DNA of 64,000 nt, from contig CM059432.1 of the NCBI GenBank assembly GCA_030390025.1, positions 81,098,001 to 81,162,000 of the forward strand, in the 5' to 3' direction. Within the stretch, counting starts at the first letter, position 1; each line of letters starts with the position of its first letter. Under the pieces are notes generated by a model, which searched no databases, was not told where the DNA came from, and was given only the letters and a program-made list of their open reading frames with translations. This DNA comes from Squalus acanthias (lineage: Eukaryota). The translations under genes and the position numbers were made by a program. This document shows positions 23,201 to 35,636 of the stretch, piece by piece.

Positions 23201-25022
23201 CCTTGATGTCGCACTCGGTGAAATGCTGCCTTGATGTCAAGGGCAGTCACTCTCACCTCACCTCTGGAATTCAGCTCTTTCGTCCATGTTTGGACCAAGG
23301 TTGTAATGAGGTCTGGAGCCGAGTGGTTCTGGCGGCACCCAAACTGAGCATCAGTGAGCAGGTTATTGGTGAGTAAGTGCCGCTTGATAGCACTGTCAAC
23401 AACACCTTCCGTCACTTTTCTGATGATTGAGAGTAGACTGAGGGGGTGGTAATTGGCCGATTGGATTTGTCCTGCTTTTTGTGGACAGGACATACCTGGG
23501 CAGTTTTCCACATTGTCGGGTAGATGCCAGTGTTGTAGCTGTACTGGAACAGCTTGGCTAGAGGCGTGGCTTGTTCTGGAGCACAAGTCTTCAGCATGAC
23601 AGCCGGGATGTTGTCAGGGCCCAAAGCCTTTGCTGTATCCAGTGCGCTCAGCGTTTCTTGATATCACGTGGAGTGAATCGAATTGGCTGAAGACTGGCTT
23701 CTGTGATGGTGGGGACCTCAGGAGGAGGCCGATATGGATCATTCACTCAGCACTTCTGGTTGAAGATGATTGCAAGTGCTTCAGCCTTGTCTTTTGCACT
23801 CACGTGCTGGGCTCCGTCATCACTGAGGATGGGGATATTCCTGGAGCCACCTCCTCCTGTTAGTTGTTTACTTGTCCACCACCATTCATGACTGGATGTG
23901 TTAGGACTGCAGAGCTTTGATCTGATCCATTGGTTGTGGAATCACTTAGCTCTGTCTATAGCATGCTGCTTCAGCTGTTTAGCATGCATGTAGTCCTGTG
24001 TTGCAACTTCCCCAGGTTGGCACCTCTTTTTTTTTTTAAGTACGCCTGGTGCAGCTTCTGGCATGCTCTTCTGCTCTCCTCATTGAACTGGGGTTGGTCC
24101 CCTGGCTTGATGGTAATGGTAGAGTGAGGGATATGCCGGGCCATGAGTTTACAGATTGTGGTGGAATATAATTCTGCTGCTGCTGGTGGCCCACAGCACC
24201 TCATGGTGTGCAGTTTTGAGCTGCTAGATCTGTTCTGAATCTATCCCATTTAGCACGGTGGTAGTGCCACACAACACGATGGAGGGTGTCCTCAGTGTGA
24301 AGATGAGATTTCATCTCCACACGGACTGTATAGTGGTAACTGCTACCAATGCTGTCATGGACAGATGCATCTGCGACAGGTAGATTGGTGAGGACGAGGT
24401 CAGGTAGGTTTTTCTCTTGTGTTGGTTCTCTCACCACCTACCACAGCCCTAATCTGGCAGCTATGTCCTTCAGGACTCGGCCAGCTCAGTCAGTAGTGTT
24501 GCTACCGAGCCACTCTTAGTGATGGACATTGAAGTCCCCCACCCAGAGTACATTCTGTGCCCTTGCTACCATCAGTGCTTCTTCCAAGTGGTGTTCAACA
24601 TGGAGGAGTACTGATTCATCAGCTGAGAGAGGGCAGTAGGTGGTAATCAGAAGGAGGTTTCTTTGCCCATTCTTGACCTGAAGCCATGAGACTTCATGGG
24701 GTCTGGAGTCAATGTTGAGGACTCCCAGGGCCACTCCCTCCCGACTGTATATCACTGTGCCACCACCCCTGGTGGGTTTGTCCTGCCGGTGGGACAGGAA
24801 ATACGCAGGGATGGTGATGGAGGAATCTGGGACATTGGCTGAAAGGTATCATTCTATGAGTATGACTATGTCAGGCTGTTGCTTGACTAGTCTGTGGGAC
24901 AGCTCTCCCAATTTTGGCACAAGTCCCCTGATGTTAGTGAGGATGACTTTGCAGGGTCAACTGGGCTGGGTGTGCCTTTGTCATTTCTGAAGCCAGTGCC
25001 GAGGTCGATGCTGGGTGGTCAG
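20293..25022 (-). mobile_element. SINE-headed LINE family, copy 2 (5'-truncated just upstream of EN), nested in L2
   Basis: Colinear with 4015-7790 including the 3' tail and the ~90-bp linker upstream of [24 protein letters not shown]. Confidence 0.9.
21201..23000 (-). mobile_element. Relatively young CR1 (471-aa open RT fragment) nested in LINE copy 2
   Basis: KSPGPD, NYRPVSLTS, YMDFSKAFDKV, KFADDTK; (ATAACTCT)n tail at 21201-21218; interrupts ...CTGACCTT|TGATGGAGGG. Confidence 0.95.
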
Positions 25023-26843
25023 TACATGTTTTTAAAAAAAAATTCTCTTCCACCCACCCAAGTACCATAAAAATGTTCTCACCGTGATATCTTCATTGAT
25101 TTTCTCCCTCTGCACCGAACGACTTCTCATCCTCGGTGATTTCAACCTCCATCTGAATTCATCATGCTCTCTCTCCTCTGAGTTGACTGCCCTCCTGTAC
25201 TCCCTTAATCTCTCCCTCCCTGTAAACTCTCCAACCCATATACACGACCTCCCCCTTGACCTTACCATTTCACGTGGCCTCGCCACTCCCATCATGTCAA
25301 TCACATATAAGGCCATCTCTGATCACATTCTTGTATCGCTCTACACCCACATCCCCCTTTCCCCCCCACCCACCCCCCCCAACCCTACTTCCTTCTGTGT
25401 CCGCTCCTGGAAAAAATTCTCACCCAACTCACTTACAACTGCACTTACAAAATCCCAACTCTCTAGCCTTTGGCCCTCCATTCACCATGACATTTCTGCA
25501 GTTACCAATCTGCTCAACCACACCCTCACCACCACTTTTGGTGGCCTAGTCCCTATTAAAACCATTACACTCTCTCACCCTGGTTGTTCCCCCGGTACGG
25601 CCCTCATCTCCGCTACCTTAAGTCCAAGGGACGCAGGCTTGAACGATATGGTGGACAACTGGTTTAGTCATTCACCGCCAGATCTGGCTGGACCACATAA
25701 AGCATTATCTGGTCCTGCTCTCGTCTGCCAACACTGCTCACTATTCCAGGATCATTCTGGAATGCAAAGATACCCCCCGACTTCTTTTCTCTACTGCTAA
25801 CTGTCTTCTTAAACCCCTCTCCCCTGTCTCCTCCACCCTCACCTCCAATAACAAGTGCGAGGAGCTCATAGACTTCTTTGTCTCTAAGATTGAGACCATC
25901 CGATCAGCTGCCTCTGCCACTTCCCTTCATTCCCCGAGCCCACCGGGCCAAACTTTTTCTGAGGTTTCCCCCCTGCTCTAGCCCTGAACGCACACCTTCC
26001 TCCAGTTTCTCACCGATCTCCCCTCATGCACTCTCCGAGCTCATCTTGTCCATGAGACCCACTTCCTGCTCCACCGACCCCTTTCCCACTAAACTGCTGA
26101 CCACCCAACTTCCTTTTCTGACTCCCATGTTAGCTGATATTGTTAATGGTTCTCTCTCCTCAGGTACTCTTCCCCTCTCCCTCAAATCTGCCGTCATCAC
26201 CCCTCTCTTCAAAAATCAACCCTTAACCCCTCTGTCCTTACAAACTACTGCCCCCATCCCCATCTCCAAAGTCCTTGAATGGGTTGTCGCCTCCCAAATC
26301 CGTGCCCATTTTTCCCGGAACTCCATGTTTGAATCCCTGCAATCGGGTTTCTGCCTCTGCCACAGTACCGAAATGGCTTTTATCAAAGTCACAAATGTGA
26401 CTGTGACAAAGGAAAACTATCCCTCCTCTTAATCTCGGACTGTCAGCAGCCTTTGACACAGTTGACCACTTCATCCTCCTCCAAAGCCTCTCCACCGTCA
26501 TCCAGCTGGGTGCGACTGCACTTGCCTGGTTTCATTCTTATCTATCTAATCGTAGCCAGAGAATTGCCTGCAATGGCTTCTCTTCCCACTCCCGCATCGT
26601 TACCTCTGGTGTCCCCCAAGGATCTATCCTTGGCCCCCTCTCATCTACATGCTTCCCCTCAGTGACATTATCTGAAAACACAACGTCAGTTTTGACATGT
26701 ACGCTGACGACACCCAGCTCTATGTCACCACTACTTCTCTCGACCCCTCCACGGTCTCTAAATTGTTAGACTGCTTGTCCGACATCCAGTACTGGATGAG
26801 CAGAAATTTCCTCCAACTAAATATTGGGAAGACCAAAGCCATT

Positions 26844-27592
26844 GGGCTGGATTTTGAATGACCATGGAGTCGGGTTTGGAGGCGTGTGGGGGGTTAAAGT
26901 AGCAGATTCGGGGGTCCCGACTCCAACACGCCTCCACGCAATTTTGACAAAATGGGTCGCGGGGTTCCCAACTCCGTCCCGCCTCCAAGAGGCGCGAGAG
27001 ACCATTAACACAATTAACTATCCCTAAATTGGCTCTGTAATGCCATTTTGAAACATTTTAGCTAGTTTAACCCTTTTCTGACGTGAAGCACGCCTGATGT
27101 GAAACACGCCAGTGAAACCTGGCGGGAGCACAAGTGGATAGCTGACTATCAGCTGCAGGTCCACTATTACAACGGAGATGTGATGAAGGTAATAGTAGTA
27201 GTAGGTCTGAAAGTCGCCTCTGATGCTGCTGCATTGAATGTCTTCAGAAACTGCCTGGCCTTTGCTGTGAGAGGACCTGGATGCAAAAAAAATTCTCTCT
27301 CTCTCTGTCTCTCTCTCTCTTCATTTTGCATCCAGGTCCTCTCACACCAAAAGCCAGGCTGTCTCTGAGACCAGGCAGTCAGTCTCTGACCTGCAATGAT
27401 GACATCATCAGAGGCGACTTTCAGACTGAAACCACTAATTGGTTCATGGGTTCCCACATGCTGGAACTCAATTACCCAATTAAGTGAAAATTGCATCCTT
27501 CATCCACATTAATCTGGAGTCGGGGGGGTGGGGGGGCAACACGAAATGTGGGTAACACGACCCGAACCCGACCCCAAGACAAAATCCAGCCC
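26844..27592. mobile_element. Harbinger-type MITE
   Basis: TIR GGGCTGGATTTTG / CAAAATCCAGCCC, identical to the terminus at 3041; exact 3-bp TSD ATT splitting the L2 sequence. Confidence 0.92.
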
Positions 27593-29110
27593 ATTGTCTT
27601 TGGTCCCCACCATGAACTCTGTTCCCTAGCCACTGACTCCATCGCTCTCCCTAACATCTGTCTGAGGCTGAACCAGACTGTTTGCAACTTTGGTGTCATA
27701 TTTGATCCTGAAATGAGCTTCCGACCACATATCTGTGCCATAACTAAGATCGCCTATTTCCCCCTCCGTAACATCGCCCGTCTCCGCCCTTGCCTCAGCT
27801 CATCCGCTGCTGAAACCCTCATCCATGTCTTTGTTACCTCTAGACTTGACGATTACAATGCACTCCTGCCGGCCTTCCTAGTTGTACCGTCTGTAAACTT
27901 GAGGTCATCCAAAACTCTGCTTTCCGTCCTAACTCGCACCAAGTCCTGTTCACCCATTACCCCTGTGCTAGCTGACCTACATTGGCTTCCGGTTAAGCAA
28001 CGCCTCGATTTTAAAATTCTCATCCTTGTTTTCAAATCACTCCATGGCCTTGACCCTCCCTATCTCTGTAATCTCCTCCAGCCCCACAATACCCCGAGAT
28101 ATCTGCGCTCCTCTAATTCTCGCCTCTTGAGTATCCTAATTATAATTGCTCAACCATTGGTGGCCGTGCCTTCTGTTGCCTAGGCCCTGAGCTCTGGAAT
28201 TCCCTCCCTAAACCTCTCCGCCTCTCTTTCCTCCTTTAAGACTTAAACCTATCTCTCACCTGCCCTAATTTCTCCTTATGTGGCTCGGTGTCAAATTTTG
28301 TTTTATAACACTCCTGTGGAGCGCCTTGGGATGTTTTACTACGTTAAAGAAGCTATATTAATACAAGTTGTTGTTGTTGCATCAAGATGTATTGTGTCCC
28401 CAGTCTTCCCTAGCTAGTGCTGACAGAGCCTGGAGGACATTGTTTCAAAGCCAGCAAATTGCAGAATCTAGATCTCTATCAAAATGAAACAACAATTTGT
28501 TCTGCTGGATCTCTTTTTCTTGCTTTGTACGACTGGCTGTCATTGCAGCCTATGACTAAGCAGATTGTCCTGCTTTTGGGAACAGCTACTGTAAGCATTA
28601 ACCTGTGTAGCAAATATCAGTGTAGCACAGGGGTGTCAGACATCTTGCCCGCGAAACAGTTTCATCCAGCCCACAGTTGCGTCACCTGGAATGGGTCATG
28701 AATTTCCCGGGCACTGCTTCAAACAGCACAGAATCACTACACCTTTTAAATTTCACACCGCTGCAGCCATTCTCCCCCACCTCCACCAACCCCCCCACCC
28801 CCACTCCATGATGGATCCCCCTCATCTGTCGGCACAGAGAGCCAGCAGCCCAGCACTCCCTTAGGATTGATAGGAAACAGAACAGGCTGGTGGTGGGGAG
28901 AGTGAGAGACGGAGCAGGGGGATGTGCTGGGTTGTGCCGGAAGAGGGTGAACAGGGACTGGGGGGGTGGCTGGGATTTTGGGGGCTGGGACACAAAGGGT
29001 CGGATCTCCGTTGGCGGGGTGGGGGGTGGGGGGGGTGGAGTTTGGGTGGTCGGGAGACTGGGACTGGGGGTTTCAAGAGATTGGAGCTTGGGGCAGGGGA
29101 GGGTGACAGG

Positions 29111-29210
29111 GGACTGGGGGTCGGGGAGAGGGTGACTGGACTGGGGGTCGGGGAGAGGGTGACTGGACTGGGGGTCGGGGAGAGGGTGACTGGACTGGGG
29201 GTCGGGGAGA
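29111..29210. repeat. G-rich 27-bp tandem repeat (~3.5 copies) within a G-rich tract that may belong to a hAT-like remnant starting CAGGGGTGTC at 28628
   Basis: GGACTGGGGGTCGGGGAGAGGGTGACT repeated. Confidence 0.8.
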
Positions 29211-29529
29211 GAGCTTGGGAGAGAAATGAAGTAAATGGGTGTCACGGATGGGGGTTTTTGGGGGGAGGTTAGGGAATGTGGGTCAGGAGACTCAGGCAGG
29301 GGAGCGAGAAGGAAACTGGGGATTAGAGGTCGGGGAATTGGGGCTTGGGCGGGGGGGCAAGAAAGGACTGGGGGGTGGGGTGGGGTGGGGTTGGCGTGGG
29401 ACCAGCATTACCTGCAGAGCCGGGAGCAGCAGCAGACAACATGGTGAGTGGGAGCGGTGCCGAGAGAGGAACAGCCACTAAAGGGGTGAGTGTAACCTGG
29501 GGACTTTACTGTGGGTAAACAGTGAAAGA

Positions 29530-29735
29530 TTGTTACCTTGGAGTGCATGTCCACAGATCCCTGAAGGTAGCAGGACAGGTAGATAAGGTGGTTAAGAAGC
29601 CATACGGGATACTTTCCCTTATTAGCTGAGGCACAGAATATAAGAGCAGGGAGGTTATGCTTGAACTGTATAAAACACTAGTTAGGCCACAACGAGAGTA
29701 CTACGTATAGTTCTGGTCACCACATTACAGGAAAG
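29530..29735 (+). mobile_element. CR1 internal fragment
   Basis: GTAGATAAGGTGGTTAAGAAG...CTGTATAAAACACTAGTTAGGCCACA. Confidence 0.8.
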
Positions 29736-29736
29736 A

Positions 29737-29862
29737 TGGTTGCCAGCGAAACTGGCATGGAGGCGGGTTGGGGGCGGGATGGGTTCAGGACCCCCGAATC
29801 TGCTATTTTCCCACCCCACACGCCTCCAAACCCGCCTCCACAGGTCAATGAAAATTCTGCCC
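29737..29862. mobile_element. Terminal fragment of the 47063-47910 MITE family
   Basis: AAACTGGCATGGAGGCGGGTTGG...GGACCCCCGAATCTGC...GAAAATTCTGCCC matches 47793-47910. Confidence 0.8.
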
Positions 29863-30179
29863 GAAGTCTCTTCTAGCAAGAGGTGCACCAGGTGAATGGG
29901 TTTCAGCAGTATGAAGCCAGGATGTAGTGAGAATGGATGCACAGAACAAAAAATTACCCTCGTTGGGCACTAGACAGCTGATTCTACAAAATTGTATTTC
30001 CAGTGGGGTATCACGCCTATCAGAAAATCACATTAAGAAATCATTACCTTTAATGAATGGTAAGTAATGGAGAGCATACCTATGGTTTCCTCTTATTTAG
30101 TCCCTGCGAGTGAGGCTCTGTGCTAGGAGCATTCATTTGGAAAGTAGTTCATTAATTAAGAGAATGCTGCCAATATAGC

Positions 30180-31908
30180 AGTAAAAGGAGGAGGCAGTAG
30201 CGATATTGGATAGGATGAAAATGGATAAAGAGGACGTACTTAAAAGGTTGACAGTCCTCAAAGTAGAAAAGTCACTTGGTCTGGAAAGGCTGCATCCTTG
30301 GATACTGAGGGAAGTAAGGGTGGAAATTGCAGAGGCTCTAGCCACAATCTTCCAATCCTCCTTGGATGTGGGGGTGGTGCCAGACGATTGGAGTATTGCA
30401 AATGTTACACCCCTGTTTAAAAAGGGGAGAGGGATAAACCCGGCAACTACAAGCCAGTCAGCTGAACATCTGTGGTGGAGAAACTTTTCGAGACAATAAT
30501 CAGCAACAAAATTAATTGGCATCTGAAAAAGTATAGGCTAATAAATGAAAGTCAGCACGGATTTGTTAAAGGCAAATCATGTTTGACAAACTTGATTGAG
30601 TTATTTGATGATGTAACGAAGAGGGTTGTTGAGGGTAGTGCAGTTGATGCAGTGGTGTAAATGGACTTTCAAAAGGCATTTGACAAAGTACCACATAATA
30701 GACGTGTTAGCAAAATTAAAGGCCATGGGATTAAAGGGACAATGGCAGCATGGATACAAAATTGGCTGAGGGACAGAAAGCAGAGAGTAGTGGTGAATGG
30801 TTGTTTTTCAGACTGGAGGGAAGTATACAGTGGTGTTCCCCAAGGGTCAGTATTGGACCAACGTTCCCTCTGCCTGCTGGTCCCGTGCAATTTTGTTGCT
30901 CCGCAAAACTTTGAATAGGCCGCGCAGTCCGTTAAAGGGACCGTGCACCCAAATTTAAAATTAGGGGGAACATTGATTAGGACCACTGCTCTTTTTGATA
31001 TGTATTAATGACCCAGACTTGGGTATACAGGGCATAATTTCAAAGTTTTCAGATGGCATGAAACTCGGATATGTAGTAATAAGTGAGGAGGATGGTAACA
31101 GACTTCAGGAAGACATAGACAGACTGGTAAAATGGGCAGACATGTGGCAGATGAAATTTAACGCAGAGAAGTGTGAAGTGATACATTTTGGTAGGAAGAA
31201 TGAGGAGGGTCAATATGAACTAATGGTACAGTTTTAAAGGGGGTGCAGGAACAGAGAGACCTGGGGGTGTATGTACACAAATCTTTGAAGGTGGCAGGAC
31301 AAGTTGAGAAGGCTGTTAAAAAGCATATGGGATCCTTGGCTTTAGTAATAGAGGAATAGAGTATAAAAGCAAGGAAATTATGATAAACATTTATAAAACC
31401 TGGTTAGGCCTCAGCTGGAGTATTGTGTTCAATTCTGGACACCACACTTTAGAAAGGAGAACAAGGCCTTGGAGAGAGTGCAGAAGAGATTTATTTGAAT
31501 TGTACCAGGGATGAGGACTTTCATTACGTGGAGAAACTGGAGAAGCTGGGTTTGTTCTCCTCACAGCAGAGAAGGTTAAGAGGAGATTTGATAGGGGTGT
31601 TCAAAATCCTAAAGGGTTTTGATAAAGTAAATAAGGAGAAACTGTGTGCAGTGGCAGAAAGGTCCATAACCAGAGGTTACATGAGGAAACATTTTTTTGC
31701 GCAGCGAGTTTTTGAGATCTGGAATGTACTGCCTGAAAGGGTGGTGGAAGCAGATTTAAAAGTAACATTCAAAATGGAATTGGATATCTACTTGAAGGGG
31801 AAAAATTTACAGGGCTATGGGGAAAGAGCAGGGGAGTGGGATTAATTGAATAACCAAAGAGCCGGCACAATGGGCCAAATGGCCTCCTTCTTTGCTGTAA
31901 CATAATAT
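30180..31908 (+). mobile_element. CR1 LINE, decayed; tail continues at 32670-32682 beyond the inserted MITE
   Basis: QHGFVKGKSCLTNL, MDFQKAFDKVPH, KFSDGMK, WNVLPE. Confidence 0.9.
30859..30975. mobile_element. 117-bp hAT-type non-autonomous element
   Basis: TIR CAACGTTCCCTCT / AGGGGGAACATTG; 8-bp-type TSD ATT(A)GGAC interrupting the CR1 GSVLGP codons. Confidence 0.8.
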
Positions 31909-32669
31909 GGGGGAAAAATTCGGTTGATTTGCGCCTCCCGTTAACGCCCTAAGGGGGCGCTAACGGGGCGCAAAGCAATTAGCGCCTGTGCGCGGCGCCG
32001 CTAACGCCTCCCACGAAATTCAGCGGGAGGTTAGCGGCAGCGGTAACTGTTAGCACCCCACGGCGCTGCGCCGCCGGCGATGACGTCATCGCCGTGCGCA
32101 GTGCCCCGGCCGCGATCTTTGGTAGCGCCACCTGACTTACCGCTGGACGCTATGTCCGACAGGGTCAGGGGGGCCTACCTGTGGCCAGAACGGCGCAAAT
32201 TAAAGGGAAGGTGCTAGGCGGCCATTTTTGTTGCTAGCCGCCTGCCAGCACCTGCCCGCTTTGCCATCCCCGGCCTTCTGTGAAGCCCCCCCGTGGAGTG
32301 CCGGCTGCGCTTCATGAGCCCGGCACTTCTCTTAAGTGCCGGGCTCTTTTGCCGGCACTCCGATCTCTGGTGGCCCAGCTGGGCCCTGGGTCACATTACG
32401 CTAGGCCCCTCCCCTTTAATAAGGGGAGGAAGGCCTGCAGTACCGCGGTGCAACGTGCCGCAGCGCATGGCGCTGCGGCACATAGCGCCATGATATTCAT
32501 TCGCTGCACCCCAAGAGGGAGGCGGGGCGCTTCCAGTAGCGTCCCGCCTCCCTCTTGGGGCGCTACCGCTGAATTTCGGGCACGGGGGCGCTAACTTTTT
32601 CGGGGTGGTAAAGGTACCGCCCCGGCAAAGTTATCGCCCCAAAGAGGGCGTGACCCAATTTTGTCCCCC
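31909..32669. mobile_element. GC/CpG-rich Harbinger-type MITE
   Basis: Termini GGGGGAAAAATT / AATTTTGTCCCCC, TSD TAT; colinear with 34079-34808. Confidence 0.88.
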
Positions 32670-32886
32670 TATGATTCTATGAATTAGCAATCTGTGAGGC
32701 CATAGGATGGTTGGTTTGGGAAATGAAAATTAAATTCAACGCTCACTGATGTTTGTGAAATGGGCTTGGGTTATCTCAACCCATCGCTGAGTAGGATAGG
32801 CCCACCTCACAAAGTTGTTACTAAAAGTAGCAAACTCATTCAGCAGGAAATAATAATGGCGAATGTGCGAGATCAAGGAAAAGGAT

Positions 32887-33510
32887 ATTGCAGTTGATGT
32901 GTATATGGACTGTGCAGTTGATGTTATGTATATGGACTGTGCAGTTGATGTTATGTATATGGACTGTGCAGTTGATGTGTATATGGACTGTGCAGTTGAT
33001 GTTATGTATATGGACTGTGCAGTTGATGTGTATATGGACTGTGCAGTTGATGTGTATATGGACTGTGCAGTTGATGTTATGTATATGGACTGTGCAGTTG
33101 ATGTGTATATGGACTGTGCAGTTGATGTGTATATGGACTGTGCAGTTGATGTGTATATGGACTGTGCAGTTGATGTTATGTATATGGACTGTGCAGTTGA
33201 TGTGTATATGGACTGTGCAGTTGATGTGTATATGGACTGTGCAGTTGATGTGTATATGGACTGTGCAGTTGATGTTATGTATGTCGACTGTGCAGTTGAT
33301 GTGTATATGGACTGTGCAGTTGATGTGTATATGGACTGTGCAGTTGATGTGTATATGGACTGTGCAGTTGATGTGTATATGGACTGTGCAGTTGATGTTA
33401 TGTATGTCGACTGTGCAGTTGATGTGTATATGGACTGTGCAGTTGATGTGTATATGGACTGTGCAGTAGATGTGTATATGGACTGTGCAGTTGATGTTAT
33501 GTATATGGAC
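32887..33510 (+). repeat. Minisatellite of ~25 units (24 and 27 bp) derived from CR1 RT coding sequence
   Basis: TGTGCAGTTGATGT(TAT)GTATATGGAC, translating as CAVDV(M)YMD and running in frame into FQNVFDKVPH. Confidence 0.95.
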
Positions 33511-34078
33511 TTTCAAAATGTATTTGATAAAGTACCACATTCTAGGCTTGTTAGCAAAATTGAAGCCCATGGGATAAAACGGGCAGTAGCAGCATGGATA
33601 CAAAATTGGCTGAGGGATAGAAAACAGAGAGGTGTGGTGAATGGCTGTTTTTCGGACTGGAGGGAGGTATACAGAGGCGTTCCCCGGGTTCAGTACGAGG
33701 GCAACTGCTGTTTTTGATACACATTAATGACTTGGACTTGGGGGTACAGGGCACAATTTCAAAATTTGCAAATGACACGAAACTTGGAAGTGTAGTAAAT
33801 AGTGAGGAAGATAGTAATAGACTTCAAGAAGACATAGACAGGCTGGTGGAATGGGTGGACACATGGCAGATGAAATTCAACGCAGAGAAGTGAGAGGTGA
33901 TACATTTTGGTAGGAAGAATGAGGAGAGACCTTACACACTAAATGGTACAATTTAAAGGGGGTGCAAGAACAGAGAGACCTGGGGGTGCTTGTGAACAAA
34001 TCTTTGAAGGTGGCAGGACCGGTTAACAAAGCAGTTAATAAAGCATATGGGATCCTGGGCTTTATAAATAGAGGCATA

Positions 34079-34808
34079 GGGGGAAAAATTCAGCTGCTTG
34101 CGCCTCCCGTTAGCGCCTTAAGAGGGCGCTAATGGGGCGTAAAGCAGCTAACGCCCGGGCGCAGCGCCGCCCACGCCTCCCGAAAAATTTAGTGGGAGGT
34201 TAGCGGCGGCGGCAGCCGGTAGCGCCCTGTGGCGCTGCGCCGCCGGCGATGACGTCATCGCCGTGCGCAGCACCCCGCTCGTGCCCCGGCCGTGATCTTC
34301 AGTCGCGCCCCCTGATTTACCGCCAGACGCTATGTCCGACGGGTTCAGGGAGGCGTACGTGCGGCCGGGGCGGCGATATTTAAAGGGGAGGTGGCAGGCG
34401 GCCATTTTTGTTGCTGGCCGCCTGCCAGCACCTGCCCCCGTTGCTGTCCCCGGCCCCCGTGAAGCCCCCCCACCGTGAAGTGCCGGCTGCGCTCCAAGAG
34501 CCCGGCACTTCTCTTGAGTGCCGGGCTCTTTTGCCGGCACTCCCGATCCCTGGGGGCCCAGCTGGGCCCCGGTTCGCGCTGCGCAGGGTCCCTCCCCTTT
34601 AAGAAGGGGAGGAAGGCCTGCGTAGCGCCAGGATATTCACTCGCAGCGCCCCAAGAGGGATGCGGGGTGCTTCCAGTGGCGCCCCGCTTCCCTCTTGGGG
34701 CGCAACCACTGAAGTTCCGGCGCGGGGCCGCTAATTTTTTCGGGGCGCTAAAAGTCGCGCCCCGGCGAGGTTAGCGCCCCAAATGGGGCGCGACTCAATT
34801 TTTACCCC
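34079..34808. mobile_element. GC/CpG-rich Harbinger-type MITE
   Basis: Termini GGGGGAAAAATT / AATTTTTACCCC; exact TSD ATA in CR1 (AGAGGCATA|...|ATAGAGTAC). Confidence 0.92.
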
Positions 34809-35119
34809 ATAGAGTACAAAAGCCAGGAAGTTGAGCTAAACCTTTATAAAACACTAGTTCGGCCCCAGCTGGAGTATTGTGTCCAATTCTGGGCACCATA
34901 CTTTAGGATGGACGTGAAGGCTTTGGAGAGGGTACAGAAGAGATTTACGAGAATGGTTCCAGGGATGATTAGATTAATAGCAGTTGTATGTTTCTGGGTG
35001 TTTCGCAGTAGTTGTGCAATCTAATTGACAGTACTATCAATACTTTAACAATATAATTTTCAAAAATCAATTAAACAAATTTAAATTAATTTTAAAATTG
35101 TAATTTTCTTGTCTAATTT

Positions 35120-35426
35120 GAAATGTATTTGCTCCATCACAATGAATACAAAGGCTGACTGGAAAGAGTTACTGAACCCAGCAGGGAGGGAGATGAATAT
35201 ATAATCATTAACCCAGGATGTTTCCGTGATCTTGACATTTCATATGTGAATGCGAAATCAACTCTATCAAAGGTGCTAAATTAACTTGTGCATGTGAAAT
35301 AACTATCACTGAAATAGCCTGGGTTAATGACTGTACATGCTCAGATATTCAATTTCCTCCCTGCTGAGTTCAATGACTCCTCCCAGTCAGTCTTTGTTCA
35401 AGCATAGTGAATGCCAAACATATTTT
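35120..35426. repeat. Old foldback (palindromic) element
   Basis: Arms ACAAAGGCTGACTGG...CAGCAGGGAGG...TCATTAACCCAGG and CCTGGGTTAATGA...CCTCCCTGCTG...CCAGTCAGTCTTTGT. Confidence 0.8.
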
Positions 35427-35636
35427 AATTTTGATAGGAGAATGAAAAGGTTGTTAAAATGAATTATAACTTGTTTTTAGCTTCGTCAGGTTGGGTCATC
35501 CCCTTCAAGTCCAGCCCATATTGATAATATAAATGAATATGGTAAAATGGATTAAATGAGCGGGCGGAACTGTGGCAGATGGAGTTCAGTGTGGGGAAGT
35601 GAGTGGTCATCCACTTTGGACCTAAGAAAGATAGAT

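Larger units (their letters stand above)
19470..28379 (+). mobile_element. Near full-length L2-clade LINE (ORF2 EN+RT), split by nested insertions
   Basis: [59 protein letters not shown]; (TTG)n tail at 28367-28379; 5' boundary approximate. Confidence 0.88.
32887..34968 (+). mobile_element. CR1 fragment (RT), split by MITE 34079-34808
   Basis: [31 protein letters not shown]; closely similar to 30640-31520. Confidence 0.9.

Noticed and set aside
32836..33717. Repeat proteins (CAVDVYMD)n and (HINCTVHI)n as real genes
   Set aside because: Open frames result from 24/27-bp units lacking stops; the downstream CR1 frame is broken
32280..34774. Ala/Gly/Arg-rich ORFs and CpG-island-like host promoter
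   Set aside because: They lie within TSD-flanked GC-rich MITEs present in several copies
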